From a virus (lineage: Duplodnaviria; Caudoviricetes): a DNA stretch of 43,308 bases. The first letter of the stretch is position 1, and every line of letters begins with the position of its first letter. The stretch spans positions 1 through 43,308 of the IMG/VR virus record IMGVR_UViG_3300048998_000214, one strand, 5' to 3'. Made by a program: the position numbers and the translations under genes. Shown in pieces: positions 35,276 to 43,308 of the stretch. The notes below the pieces were generated by a model. It did not search any database. It saw nothing but the letters and a program-made list of their open reading frames with translations, and had not been told where the DNA came from.

Positions 35276-36322
35276 TCACGCGGCCACGGCGGCAGGACGC
35301 GCGCCGTTGGTGCGCGGCGCTTCCTCGCCGCGCTGCTCCCAGGCGGTGCGCACGTAATCGGCCGACACCGGCTTCTCGTCGGCGGCGGCGAGCATGTGCG
35401 CGAGCTTGAGCGTCTCGGCGATCTGACCGAGCGCGCCGGGCTTCTTGCCGATGGCGCGGCACAGCTCGACCGCCTCCGGGTCGGGCAAACGCCAGGCCTT
35501 GACGTAAGCGTCGACGTCGCCATCGAGCGGGCGCACGCGGTAAAGCCGCCGCGTGATGCGCCGATGCAGCTGCGCATAGGCCGGCTTCGGGGTGGGGCCG
35601 CCAAGGCGGCTGTAGAGCTCCTCGTTGCCCATCAGCACGAGGCCGCATTCGTATTCGTCGAGGAAGAAGCGCAGCTGATTGATCGCGCTGTCGACGAGGT
35701 TCTGCACTTCGTCGACGATCAGCAGGGTCTGACGGCCGTTGCGCTTGAGCCGCTCGCCGATCAGCCGATCGAGCTTGGCCGGATTGCGGTCGGGAATGCC
35801 GAGCGCGCCCGCGAGGTCCGTCAGCATGTTGCGGACGTTCGCTGTCGTTGGCCGCATCGTGATCAGCGTCGTGTGCGGCCGCGTCTGCTGGTAATGCCGC
35901 GCGGTGAAGGTCTTGCCGAGGCCGGGACCGAGCACCACGACCGCCATCGCCGGCATTGCCTGCGCGTAGCCGCAGATCGCGATCAGCTCATCGGCAGTGC
36001 GCGTGCGCACGAAGCCCGGTCCCATCGAGCCGGCGGTGAAGCGCGCGCTCTCCTCGACGGAATCAACCCAGCGCTCGACCAGCCGCGTCTGCCGCGAAAT
36101 GACGCCGGTATATTTGCCGTCGTACCAGGGACTGAACGTTCCCATCGGAACGCCGGAACGGTTCGCCACTTCTGTCTTGCTGAGCCCTTCGCGCTCGGCG
36201 ATCGCGCGCACCGCGGCGGTGACTTCGTGCCAGCGCTGCAGGTCTTCCGGTGACAGCCTTGCCGGCGCCGATGTCGGCACCGCCCATCCGGGCTTCGGCT
36301 CTTGCGATGATGTCGTGTTCAT
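35276..36322 (-). CDS. MuB-like transposition AAA+ ATPase
   Basis: N-terminal HTH, Walker A GPGLGKT, Walker B LLIVDEVQ, GLVLMGN; follows the transposase. Confidence 0.95.
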   Translation of the reverse strand: MNTTSSQEPKPGWAVPTSAPARLSPEDLQRWHEVTAAVRAIAEREGLSKTEVANRSGVPMGTFSPWYDGKYTGVISRQTRLVERWVDSVEESARFTAGSMGPGFVRTRTADELIAICGYAQAMPAMAVVVLGPGLGKTFTARHYQQTRPHTTLITMRPTTANVRNMLTDLAGALGIPDRNPAKLDRLIGERLKRNGRQTLLIVDEVQNLVDSAINQLRFFLDEYECGLVLMGNEELYSRLGGPTPKPAYAQLHRRITRRLYRVRPLDGDVDAYVKAWRLPDPEAVELCRAIGKKPGALGQIAETLKLAHMLAAADEKPVSADYVRTAWEQRGEEAPRTNGARPAAVAA

Positions 36323-36370
36323 GAGAGAATCCTTTTCTCGTTGCCGTTGATGTTTGGGCGGTCCCGCGGG

Positions 36371-38308
36371 TCAGGCGGGGCCGCCCTCTTCTTTTCGAAA
36401 CGGCAGCACGCTGCCCTGCTGGAGCAGCGCCACGCCGCGTTCGAAACTCTCCGCACCGGCCCATTGCGTTTCGGCGGGCTCGGCTGCAGCCGGCCGATGT
36501 GTCGCGCCGCCGTTCGCAATGAGCCGGATGACGCCGGGCTTCGGCGGCTGCGGTATTTCGGGAGCGGGCAGCGCGCGCGCGATCTCGTCGATCGACATCG
36601 CCACTTCGAGGTCGCGGACCTCGCGCAGCGCGCGCAGATAGGTTTGCTTTTTCTTGGCGTGCAGGCGCGACGCCTCGATGTCGTTGAAGCCGGTCTGCTC
36701 GATGCATTCGGCATCGCAGATGAAGCGGCCGTCGCGCTCGTACACGGCGACCGGCAGGAACAGGCTCTGCGGATCGAAGCGGATGACCACCTTGTGGCCG
36801 ATCGCTTCGACCAGGCGCTCCGACCAGTAGCGGTTGTCACCAAGATAGAGGCTGCCGTCCGGCGCGCGGCAGGTGCGCTCCTCGGCCGCGAGCAGCAGCT
36901 CGCGCAGCTGACCGGGCGCGGCCTTGCGGATCAGCGCCTGCTCGTAGCTGGCTCGGAAGGTCTCGGCGAAGCTGCGGCCCTTGGCGACGGCAGTGCGGCG
37001 GCCGGAGCGCATGTTGTGACGCGCGATCTGTTGCGCGACGAAGGTCTCGAAGGCGTCGATCGGCAGCGCCTTGGCGCCGTAATTGTCGGGCTTCGCGGCC
37101 GGCGAGTTGCCGGTGTAGGCGCCGGCGCAGAACGGATGCTTGGCGATCTCTTCGCAGAAATCACGGAAGGCGCGCTCGATCGGCTTGGCCTGCCCGTGAT
37201 AGGGCGTGACCCAGCTCACCCGGATGCCGAGCTTGGTGAGCAGGCCTTGCGGCTCGTCGTCGAGCACCTTGAAGCGGTAGCGCGTCGGTTGCCGCCCGCT
37301 GATCAGCTTCGAGGCGAAGGCGCGGCCGTTATCGAGATAAGCGACCTCCGGAATCCCGAAGCTGCCGACCGCATCGGCGAACGCGAGCCGCACCGCGCTC
37401 CAGTTCTCGCTGCGGTCGAGGCGATGGCCGACAATCTGGCCGCTGTAGAGGTCCTGCACCGCGACCACGACGGGCCGCGCGATGGTGCCGTCCTCCCAGC
37501 GCACGAACACATCGAAGGTATGTCCGTCGGCGGTGACCGCCTGCATGGCGTGAAACACCGAACGGTCGCGGGTCTGATGCGGGAAGGTGCGCGCCGCCGC
37601 CTCGGCGCCGCTGCGCAGCATCACGCGCAGCGCATTCGGAACCTCTTTCTGCAGACGCCGGCGCAGCGTTTTCATTGACGGGATCGACCACTTGTCTTTT
37701 TGCGCGGCCGCGGCTTCGAGCAGCCGCCGATAGCAGGCATCGAAGGCCGGCTGCTCGGGCCGCAGATAATCGGTCTTGATGAATTCCCACGCCTGCGGAT
37801 GACACTCGGCGGTCTTGCTGCGGCCGGCATGACGCGTGGCGAGCGCCGCCAGCCGATCGGAGCGATGCACCGCATCGGCGGCGCGCAACCAGGTCCAGAT
37901 GATCGAGGTCGAGACCTTGGCTTCGCCGGCGGCAAGCGCGACCGCGGCGCTGCGGGTCATGCCGGCGGCGAGCAGCTCGACGCGATCGATGATCGCCAGC
38001 TTGTTCTGCGCCTCGCTCTTGGCCTTGCTGGAAAGCCGTGCGAAGCGGTCCCACAGCGCATGGGCGCGCGTGCCGTCCTGCGATTTCTGATCGGCCTTAA
38101 GTTGCGCGATCAGCTTGGCCTGCACTTCGGCCGGCAAGAGCGAGAGGTGATACTCGAAGCCGCCACCGCGCCCGGTGCGCGGGCGGGCGCGGCGCTCGTC
38201 GGCATGCCAGCGCTCGCGGTCGATCAGGCGATTGAGCGCGCGCATGTCGGTCGGCAGCGCGGATGAACCAACGGCGAGAATGTCGGCGGCGGTGAACCAG
38301 TCGCGCAT
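36371..38308 (-). CDS. MuA-like DDE transposase
   Basis: Mu-type N-terminal HTH (WFTAADI...GRGGGFEYHLSLLP); catalytic ADGHTFD, LDNGRAF, KPIERAF; Mu C-terminal domain. Confidence 0.97.
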   Translation of the reverse strand: MRDWFTAADILAVGSSALPTDMRALNRLIDRERWHADERRARPRTGRGGGFEYHLSLLPAEVQAKLIAQLKADQKSQDGTRAHALWDRFARLSSKAKSEAQNKLAIIDRVELLAAGMTRSAAVALAAGEAKVSTSIIWTWLRAADAVHRSDRLAALATRHAGRSKTAECHPQAWEFIKTDYLRPEQPAFDACYRRLLEAAAAQKDKWSIPSMKTLRRRLQKEVPNALRVMLRSGAEAAARTFPHQTRDRSVFHAMQAVTADGHTFDVFVRWEDGTIARPVVVAVQDLYSGQIVGHRLDRSENWSAVRLAFADAVGSFGIPEVAYLDNGRAFASKLISGRQPTRYRFKVLDDEPQGLLTKLGIRVSWVTPYHGQAKPIERAFRDFCEEIAKHPFCAGAYTGNSPAAKPDNYGAKALPIDAFETFVAQQIARHNMRSGRRTAVAKGRSFAETFRASYEQALIRKAAPGQLRELLLAAEERTCRAPDGSLYLGDNRYWSERLVEAIGHKVVIRFDPQSLFLPVAVYERDGRFICDAECIEQTGFNDIEASRLHAKKKQTYLRALREVRDLEVAMSIDEIARALPAPEIPQPPKPGVIRLIANGGATHRPAAAEPAETQWAGAESFERGVALLQQGSVLPFRKEEGGPA

Positions 38309-38664
38309 CAGCGGCTCGCCTCCCCACCATCATCGAGGACGGCGTCGACCAAGTTGTCATCGAGAATGTCGTCGATCAGCCGCCGGATCAGCGCGTTGAC
38401 GCTCGTGTTTCGCTTGCGCGCATGGGGACCGAGCCGGACCAGCACCTCGGTAGAGAAGATGATTGTGCGCGCGTCGCTGCGGGTGCCGTTTACCTTGCGA
38501 AAGAGTGGGATGGGCTCGCCGCCGTTGCGCGCCCGCATAACGACCTTGGTGACGTCGTGCGCGGGAAAACGGTGGCCGAGCTTCACGACGATCTGGCGCG
38601 GCGGGTTGCCGGCCTTCGCCAGCTCGACGATCTCTCGCTGGAAGTGCGGAGCGATTATCATCAC
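38308..38664 (-). CDS. Putative DNA-binding protein
   Basis: 118 aa; HTH-like N-terminus and ARKRNTSVNALIRRLI segment; coupled to the transposase. Confidence 0.7.
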   Translation of the reverse strand: MMIIAPHFQREIVELAKAGNPPRQIVVKLGHRFPAHDVTKVVMRARNGGEPIPLFRKVNGTRSDARTIIFSTEVLVRLGPHARKRNTSVNALIRRLIDDILDDNLVDAVLDDGGEASR

Positions 38665-39149
38665 CGCGCTCCCCGCCGGCGACGGATGACGACGGGCCGC
38701 TCTTTCAGCTCGCGCTTGAGGAAGGCAATGGTGCTGTCGAGACGGCCGCGTTCCTGCTGCAGCAGGCCGAGCTGCGCGAGGTGGGCCTCGCGGCCTTCCA
38801 TCACGATCAGGCCTTCATCCTCGACCAGCACGTCGTAGAGCCAAGCGGCGCCGGTGGCGCGCACGAAGGCAACAAAGCGGGTGATGCTGATGTCGTGTTC
38901 GGGCTTCGACGGCGCGGTGTAGGCATAGAGCGCGTCGGCGGTGATCTCGCGGCCGGTCAGTTCGCTCATTCGCGCGGCGATGATGGTGACGCTGTCCGCG
39001 CATTCCTTAAGCGCCTGGCCGAGCGCGGTCTTGATGCGCAGCGACAGGTCGACCGGACGGACGCGCTCGGTGCGTTGCCGCACTGGAAACAGCGGCGAGG
39101 TGAACAGATCGTGCTGATCTGCTGTTGGTAGCGGCCTGCGGCTTCCCAT
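38661..39149 (-). CDS. Early DNA-binding-like protein typical upstream of Mu-like transposases
   Basis: IAARMSELTGREITADALYAYTA...HDIS..RF.A...AT motif; 162 aa from the ATG at 39149. Confidence 0.7.
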   Translation of the reverse strand: MGSRRPLPTADQHDLFTSPLFPVRQRTERVRPVDLSLRIKTALGQALKECADSVTIIAARMSELTGREITADALYAYTAPSKPEHDISITRFVAFVRATGAAWLYDVLVEDEGLIVMEGREAHLAQLGLLQQERGRLDSTIAFLKRELKERPVVIRRRRGAR

Positions 39150-39165
39150 TTCCCCCGTGGTCCCC

Positions 39166-39813
39166 TCAGCCCGATTTCTTTTTTTGCTTGCGCCAACGCT
39201 CGACAATCACCGCTGCGCCGGCCTCGGTGACGCCGACGTGATCGAGGATGCGGCGCTTGAGCTTGCTGCTCGCCGGCGCCCACATCGCCGCGAACCGCTG
39301 GAACGCCTGCTCTTCGGAATCGACGGCGGCGCGCAGCCGCGCAGTCACGAGCGCGCGCGCGAACGGCAATTCGGGCTGTTCGGTGATGACGGCGATCAGC
39401 CGGCTGCGCAGCTCGGGCTTAAGCTTGGCGACGACGCGCAGAGCGGCGGCATTGTCCGCGTGCTGCGTTGGCCAGAGCGTCTTGATGTCTTGCGGGCCGA
39501 GGTCCTCGGCGAGCTTGACGTCGAGCTGGATGGTGCGCTCGGTCGCGTTGAGCCTTTCAGCCGCGACGGAACAAAACGAAATCTTTTCGTTTTGATTTTG
39601 AGCGCGATAGGAACGGGACTTCCGATCGCCGCCGCGATTGTTGCCGTGATTCTGCTCCCAGATCAACTTCCAGGCCCAGAGACTGGTCGCGCGGGCGAGC
39701 GCGGTGGGCGGCTCGATGATCAGCGAGGACTCGATCTCCCGCACGAGCGCTTCGGCCTCGACCGGTTGCCCGCCGCTGATGACGCGCAGGAGCTGCTGGG
39801 CGGCCGGCATCAT
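39166..39813 (-). CDS. ParB-like protein lacking the N-terminal ParB domain
   Basis: REIESSLI (vs EIDENL), RGGDRKS, SFCSVAAERLNATERTIQLDVKLAEDL HTH. Confidence 0.7.
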   Translation of the reverse strand: MMPAAQQLLRVISGGQPVEAEALVREIESSLIIEPPTALARATSLWAWKLIWEQNHGNNRGGDRKSRSYRAQNQNEKISFCSVAAERLNATERTIQLDVKLAEDLGPQDIKTLWPTQHADNAAALRVVAKLKPELRSRLIAVITEQPELPFARALVTARLRAAVDSEEQAFQRFAAMWAPASSKLKRRILDHVGVTEAGAAVIVERWRKQKKKSG

Positions 39814-40013
39814 GGGCGTCGCTCTAGATCGTCGGCTTGTAGGCGGAGGTCATCGGCGAGATCGACCAGGCCGTGCTGGGCAAGCTGATCGGCGACGACC
39901 CTCATGCCGATCGCGGCGCTCGCGGCTTTCAGCTCCAATTTGCGAAGACGCTGTGTAAGGCGGACGTTGTTCGCCCGAATAACTTCTTCCTCGAAGCGGG
40001 CCACGGTGCTCAT
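39810..40013 (-). CDS. Hypothetical coiled-coil protein
   Basis: 67 aa; ATGA overlaps on both sides. Confidence 0.7.
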   Translation of the reverse strand: MSTVARFEEEVIRANNVRLTQRLRKLELKAASAAIGMRVVADQLAQHGLVDLADDLRLQADDLERRP

Positions 40014-40273
40014 GCGCCGCGCTCCATCGGCAGCTCGACCACGAACCAGGTGCGCGGCTGCTTCGGCGGCAGCAGCCCGCATAGCTCGGTGAGCGAAGCG
40101 GCCATGCAGTCGGCGGCTGCCTTCTCGTCGATCTGGAAAGCATCGTCGCGATCGGCGGTCGTCTGCGGGATGAAGTGACACGCGGGCACGATGCGCGGGG
40201 TGCCGATGTCGATGGCGCCGGTGAAGAACAGCCTGCCATGGTCGAAATTGGAGGCGACCGCGTAGCGCGTCAT
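40010..40273 (-). CDS. Hypothetical protein
   Basis: 87 aa, GGAGG RBS, ATGA overlaps. Confidence 0.7.
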   Translation of the reverse strand: MTRYAVASNFDHGRLFFTGAIDIGTPRIVPACHFIPQTTADRDDAFQIDEKAAADCMAASLTELCGLLPPKQPRTWFVVELPMERGA

Positions 40274-40638
40274 GACATCGCCTCCGCTGCACGCGGATCG
40301 AAGATCAGGCTGAAATAGACCGGGTAGCGATGCGCGTTCTTCTTCGGGTCGCTCTGGCAGGGCCGCGTCTCGGTGGTGCGCTGGATGATCCCGCTGCGGA
40401 TCGCGCGCAGCCACACCGGACCCCAGGCGTTGGGATGGTGCGGTGCCGGCGCGCCGGTGACCGCCATGGCGGCGAGCACGGCATCGATATGGACGTGCAC
40501 CTGCTGGCGGGCGACGCGCTCGATGGCGGCGAAGGCGGCTGCCGAAAAATCCGGGCGCGCGTTGGCCTCGGCCTGCGCCATGCCGGCATCGCGGCGGGCC
40601 TGCGCGAAGGCGAAGAGATCGGGCGGGCTGCCGCTCAT
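40270..40638 (-). CDS. Hypothetical protein (possible winged helix)
   Basis: 122 aa; ARRDAGMAQA, PHHPNAWG.V...A...GII motifs; ATGA-coupled. Confidence 0.75.
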   Translation of the reverse strand: MSGSPPDLFAFAQARRDAGMAQAEANARPDFSAAAFAAIERVARQQVHVHIDAVLAAMAVTGAPAPHHPNAWGPVWLRAIRSGIIQRTTETRPCQSDPKKNAHRYPVYFSLIFDPRAAEAMS

Positions 40639-40766
40639 CGCTGCCCGCCGTGGCGGCGCTTGTGGACCGCATAGACGATCGCGAACACGATCCAGTTGAT
40701 GGCGATCGAGGCGAGCAGCCAGCCAAGGCCGTCTCCTGCGATTTCCCGTGAAACAGTCGTGAGCAT
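40635..40766 (-). CDS. 43-aa single-TM protein
   Basis: MLTTVSREIAGDGLGWLLASIAINWIVFAIVYAVHKRRHGGQR; AGGGGGA RBS; ATGA-coupled to the next gene. Confidence 0.65.
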   Translation of the reverse strand: MLTTVSREIAGDGLGWLLASIAINWIVFAIVYAVHKRRHGGQR

Positions 40767-40803
40767 CGTTCCCCCTGACCCGCTGAACGGGTCGACGGAT
40801 GGT

Positions 40804-41091
40804 CTAAGCAGCGTCTTGTTTTGGACTCGCGGGGGCGGGGCGGCCGGTGCTAGCCTTCGGCCGTGAGGGTTTGAGATTCCCGTCGGCGTCGAACCAGTCC
40901 GGCCAGAGCTCGTGCATCGGCACGCCGATGAACGTCGCAATGATCCGGTTTGACCTGGTTCGCGGCTGCTGGAGGGCCGCGCGCAACGTCGAATCGGCAA
41001 GGCCGTTGGCCAAGCTGAGTCGACTGAGATTGCTGCCCTTCTTCTTCACCGCGGCGACGATGTCGGCGTGGTGCCAGCCGGCGTTCGGCAT
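40804..41091 (-). CDS. ner: Ner-like transcriptional regulator
   Basis: WHHADIVAAVKKKGSNLSRLS...STLRAAL...IIATFIGVPMHELWP; divergent from the repressor. Confidence 0.92.
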   Translation of the reverse strand: MPNAGWHHADIVAAVKKKGSNLSRLSLANGLADSTLRAALQQPRTRSNRIIATFIGVPMHELWPDWFDADGNLKPSRPKASTGRPAPASPKQDAA

Positions 41092-41157
41092 CTGAAGCCC
41101 CTCAGCCGCCCCTGCCAGGGCGGTAGTTTTTGGGATATGCACGTAACGAACGTGGCA

Positions 41158-41185
41158 ACAATGGCACGAAAACGTACTATGTCAA
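41158..41185 (-). promoter_or_regulatory. Candidate early promoter in the repressor/ner switch region
   Basis: TTGACA-16 nt-CATTGT with an extended TGn on the - strand; AT-rich, with short CGAA(A)A/C repeats nearby. Confidence 0.5.
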
Positions 41186-41213
41186 CCGAAAAACTTCCTA
41201 TCGGGGCCTGTAA

Positions 41214-41951
41214 GTGACCGCCAAGGGTTCAAAAAAGGGCGGATTTTCGGAGCAACCGGCCTCATACAATTTTGCGGAAAACCCGGATTCGGGATCGCCG
41301 CCTGTCGTCACGGACCTGCCAGACGGCGCGCGGGTGAGCTTTGGCGACCGGTTTCGGTTCGCGCTCAGACGGATTCCGGTGAAGCAGCGCGAGGCCGCGC
41401 TCGGTCGCAGCGACAAGATTCTGCGCGGCTACACCGACGAGAAGGTCGCGCTCGAAGTCGTGCTGGCGCTGGCACGCGTGACCGGGATTCCAGCCGAATG
41501 GATCGTGTTCGGCCGCATGCCCAGCAATGTCGGCAGCGAATTCACAATGCTGCATCGGCTCGATGTGCGCGCCAGCGCCGGCGGCGGCGCCATCGCGACG
41601 ACCGAGCAGCCGGTCGACCTCGTAGCCTTTCGGTCGGAATGGCTGCGGCGGCTCGGCATCAATCCGCGCGCGGCGCGCACGCTATTCGCTTCCGGCGACA
41701 GCATGGAGCCGACCATCGGCGACGGCGATCTGCTGCTGGTCGACGAGTCCATCGATCGCGTCGTCGACCACGGCATCTATGTCATCGTTTACCAGGGCAT
41801 GGTGCTGGTGAAACGCGTGCAGCTGCGGCGCGACGGCACTTTGGTGCTCAAGAGCGACAACGCACGCTATGATGAGGAGGTTGTCCCGCCGGCCGAAATG
41901 CCGGAGATCAGGATCGCGGGGAGAGTGCGGTGGTACGGAAAGACGATCTGA
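41214..41951 (+). CDS. CI/LexA-type repressor with S24 peptidase domain
   Basis: HTH (LALARVTGIPAEWIVFG), cleavage site ASAG, catalytic GDSMEP and LVKR; start uncertain. Confidence 0.92.
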   Translation: MTAKGSKKGGFSEQPASYNFAENPDSGSPPVVTDLPDGARVSFGDRFRFALRRIPVKQREAALGRSDKILRGYTDEKVALEVVLALARVTGIPAEWIVFGRMPSNVGSEFTMLHRLDVRASAGGGAIATTEQPVDLVAFRSEWLRRLGINPRAARTLFASGDSMEPTIGDGDLLLVDESIDRVVDHGIYVIVYQGMVLVKRVQLRRDGTLVLKSDNARYDEEVVPPAEMPEIRIAGRVRWYGKTI

Positions 41952-42532
41952 CGATCGCCGTGACCATGGCGAGCTGCTTGTTATCGCCCGCGCTGGCACA
42001 AGAACCGCTCAGCCGGACGATCGGTAGCTGGGAGATCATCGCCACCACGGACAACATGACCGATGAAAAATCGGTCGGGGCCGTCAACGCCAACCGCGCT
42101 ATTGACGGCCGGGATGATCCCACGGCGCTGATGATCTCGTGCCCATACAGCCAGAGCCTTTCGGTTTCGCTGCGCACGGACGGCTATTGGCCGACGAACG
42201 AATACCACATGGGCGTGACTTATCGGGTCGACGGCAAGCCGGCGGTCCGCGAACTCTGGCTCACGTCGCCGATCAATCCCCACCGGGTGCAGTTCAACAA
42301 TCCGCGCGCATTGCTGGCGGCGCTGCGTCAAGGCAGCCGCGTGCGGTTTCGGATTAGCCCGCTCTACGGCGAGCACGAGGGCGCGTTCGACCTTGCCGGC
42401 ACCGGCGAAATGATTGCCGCAATGGAAAAGCTGTGTGCGGCGACTTGGTCGAGCGGCCGGAAGGAGCCGGGGCAAAAAGCCCAAGTTCCGAAGCGCATTC
42501 CGGGCTCGCCGTTGTCACTCGAAGCCCGCTGA
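41930..42532 (+). CDS. Putative exported protein following the repressor
   Basis: Signal-peptide-like CLLSPALA-QEP; W....D.MTD, LMISC, YRVDG, FDLAG pattern; start uncertain (41930-41966). Confidence 0.75.
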   Translation: MVRKDDLTIAVTMASCLLSPALAQEPLSRTIGSWEIIATTDNMTDEKSVGAVNANRAIDGRDDPTALMISCPYSQSLSVSLRTDGYWPTNEYHMGVTYRVDGKPAVRELWLTSPINPHRVQFNNPRALLAALRQGSRVRFRISPLYGEHEGAFDLAGTGEMIAAMEKLCAATWSSGRKEPGQKAQVPKRIPGSPLSLEAR

Positions 42533-42722
42533 TTATCGGCGCTTCCTCTCGATTTACCCGTGGCTCCGCCGAACTTGGGCGTGACGCCCATGTTCGCGCC
42601 TCCGATCGCGGTCCGCAGCGCGCCGATTCCTGCGGCGCCGATCGCGCGCTGAGTGCCCTTTAAAAGCGGACTTGTGTGGCGTCGAGCGCGCTTTTGAACG
42701 ACACCGCGAGCCCGCCCCCTTG

Positions 42723-42893
42723 CTCCAGCTTCATGTGTCCGGCCGGCGCAGGACTCCGAAATCAAGTGTCTAATCGGCTCGCGCAATTAGACTGCGAGCG
42801 CCCGCCAGAAATGCCCTATCCATCGGCCTTCCCGCGAAATCCCGGATAATTCCGCCCATTCCCGCCGACTCCAGATTCAAGTGTCCCCTAACA
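42723..42893 (-). repeat. Phage left end (attL-like): three transposase-binding-like sites plus terminal CA
   Basis: CTCCAGCTTCATGTGTCC (42723-42740), CTCCGAAATCAAGTGTCT (42754-42771), CTCCAGATTCAAGTGTCC (42869-42886), then CCTAACA; the 97-bp gap between the outer two sites recalls Mu L1-L2. Confidence 0.9.
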
Positions 42894-43308
42894 GCCAGGG
42901 CGGCGCGTCGGCGTCCCGATTGTGTGCATAGGCAATCCGACCGTTGGCGGAGCCGGCAAGACGCCGCTCGCGTTGGCGGTCGTGCGCATGCTGGCGGCCG
43001 CGCGCGAGCAGCCGGCATTGCTCAGCCGCGGTTATGGGGGCAGCCTCTCGGGTCCGGTGCAGGTTGGCCCGGCGCGGCACCGGGCGGCCGATGTCGGCGA
43101 CGAGCCCCTTCTGCTTGCCCGCGTGGCGCCGACAATCGTCGCGCGTGATCGGACAAAGGGCGCAGCGATGGCACTGACCGCGGGTGCAGGCGTTATCGTC
43201 ATGGACGATGGCTTCCAGAACTCCGCGCTCATGAAAGATTTTTCCGTCCTGGTGGTGGATGCGCGGCGGGGTCTGGGCAACGGCGCGGTCATTCCGGCCG
43301 GTCCGTTA
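42894..43308 (+). pseudogene. lpxK: Host tetraacyldisaccharide 4'-kinase, 5' part cut off by the phage end, runs off the window
   Basis: PGRRVGVPIVCIGNPTVGGAGKTP, LSRGYGG, VGDEPLLLA, MDDGFQN, GNG.VIPAGPL; in-frame TAA at 42889 inside the phage end, so no fusion start. Confidence 0.92.

Larger units (their letters stand above)
353..42893 (-). mobile_element. Complete Mu-like transposable phage (non-contractile tail), 42,541 bp
   Basis: TG...CA termini with matching subterminal repeats at an identical 7-bp offset; MuA, MuB, Ner, GemA, Mor/C and gp25-gp36-like genes in Mu order; tail tube and tape measure but no sheath or baseplate wedge genes. Confidence 0.96.

Noticed and set aside
8294-39888. 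Many long + strand ORFs (e.g. 8294, 11914, 18831, 23272, 29086, 35153, 36341)
   Set aside because: They are antisense shadows of recognisable - strand genes in high-GC DNA, with no motifs of their own.
42533-42722. Additional gene or RNA between the exported protein and the left-end repeats
   Set aside because: No convincing ORF, RBS, or tRNA/ncRNA fold was seen.

Overview
The window holds an apparently complete Mu-like transposable phage genome of 42,541 bp (353..42893), in reverse orientation relative to the usual Mu map. Both termini are visible (TG at 353, CA at 42892-42893), each with repeated 18-bp transposase-binding-like sites. Reading on the - strand from the right: S24-type repressor (+) divergent from ner; early operon (degenerate ParB-like, MuA, MuB, DUF3164, GemA, LexA-like HTH, GcrA); Mor/C-like activator; lysis genes; Mu gp25-gp30-like packaging genes; protease/scaffold; capsid; neck; a non-contractile tail with a -1 frameshift chaperone; fibre and spike genes; and an accessory end with a His-motif membrane protein beside a decayed DNA adenine methylase. 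The host is inferred to be an alphaproteobacterium, probably Rhizobiales-like (GcrA, high GC, REP type). The flanks are 3' fragments of two different host genes (a DUF2142-like gene and lpxK) with no target-site duplication. Most notable: an acyl carrier protein copy lacking the phosphopantetheine serine, a stand-alone ClpX zinc-finger, signal-peptide-like leaders on the major capsid and tail-tip proteins, and GANTC sites inside the end repeats of a phage that encodes GcrA. All family calls come from motif recognition and gene order by eye; no database searches were run.
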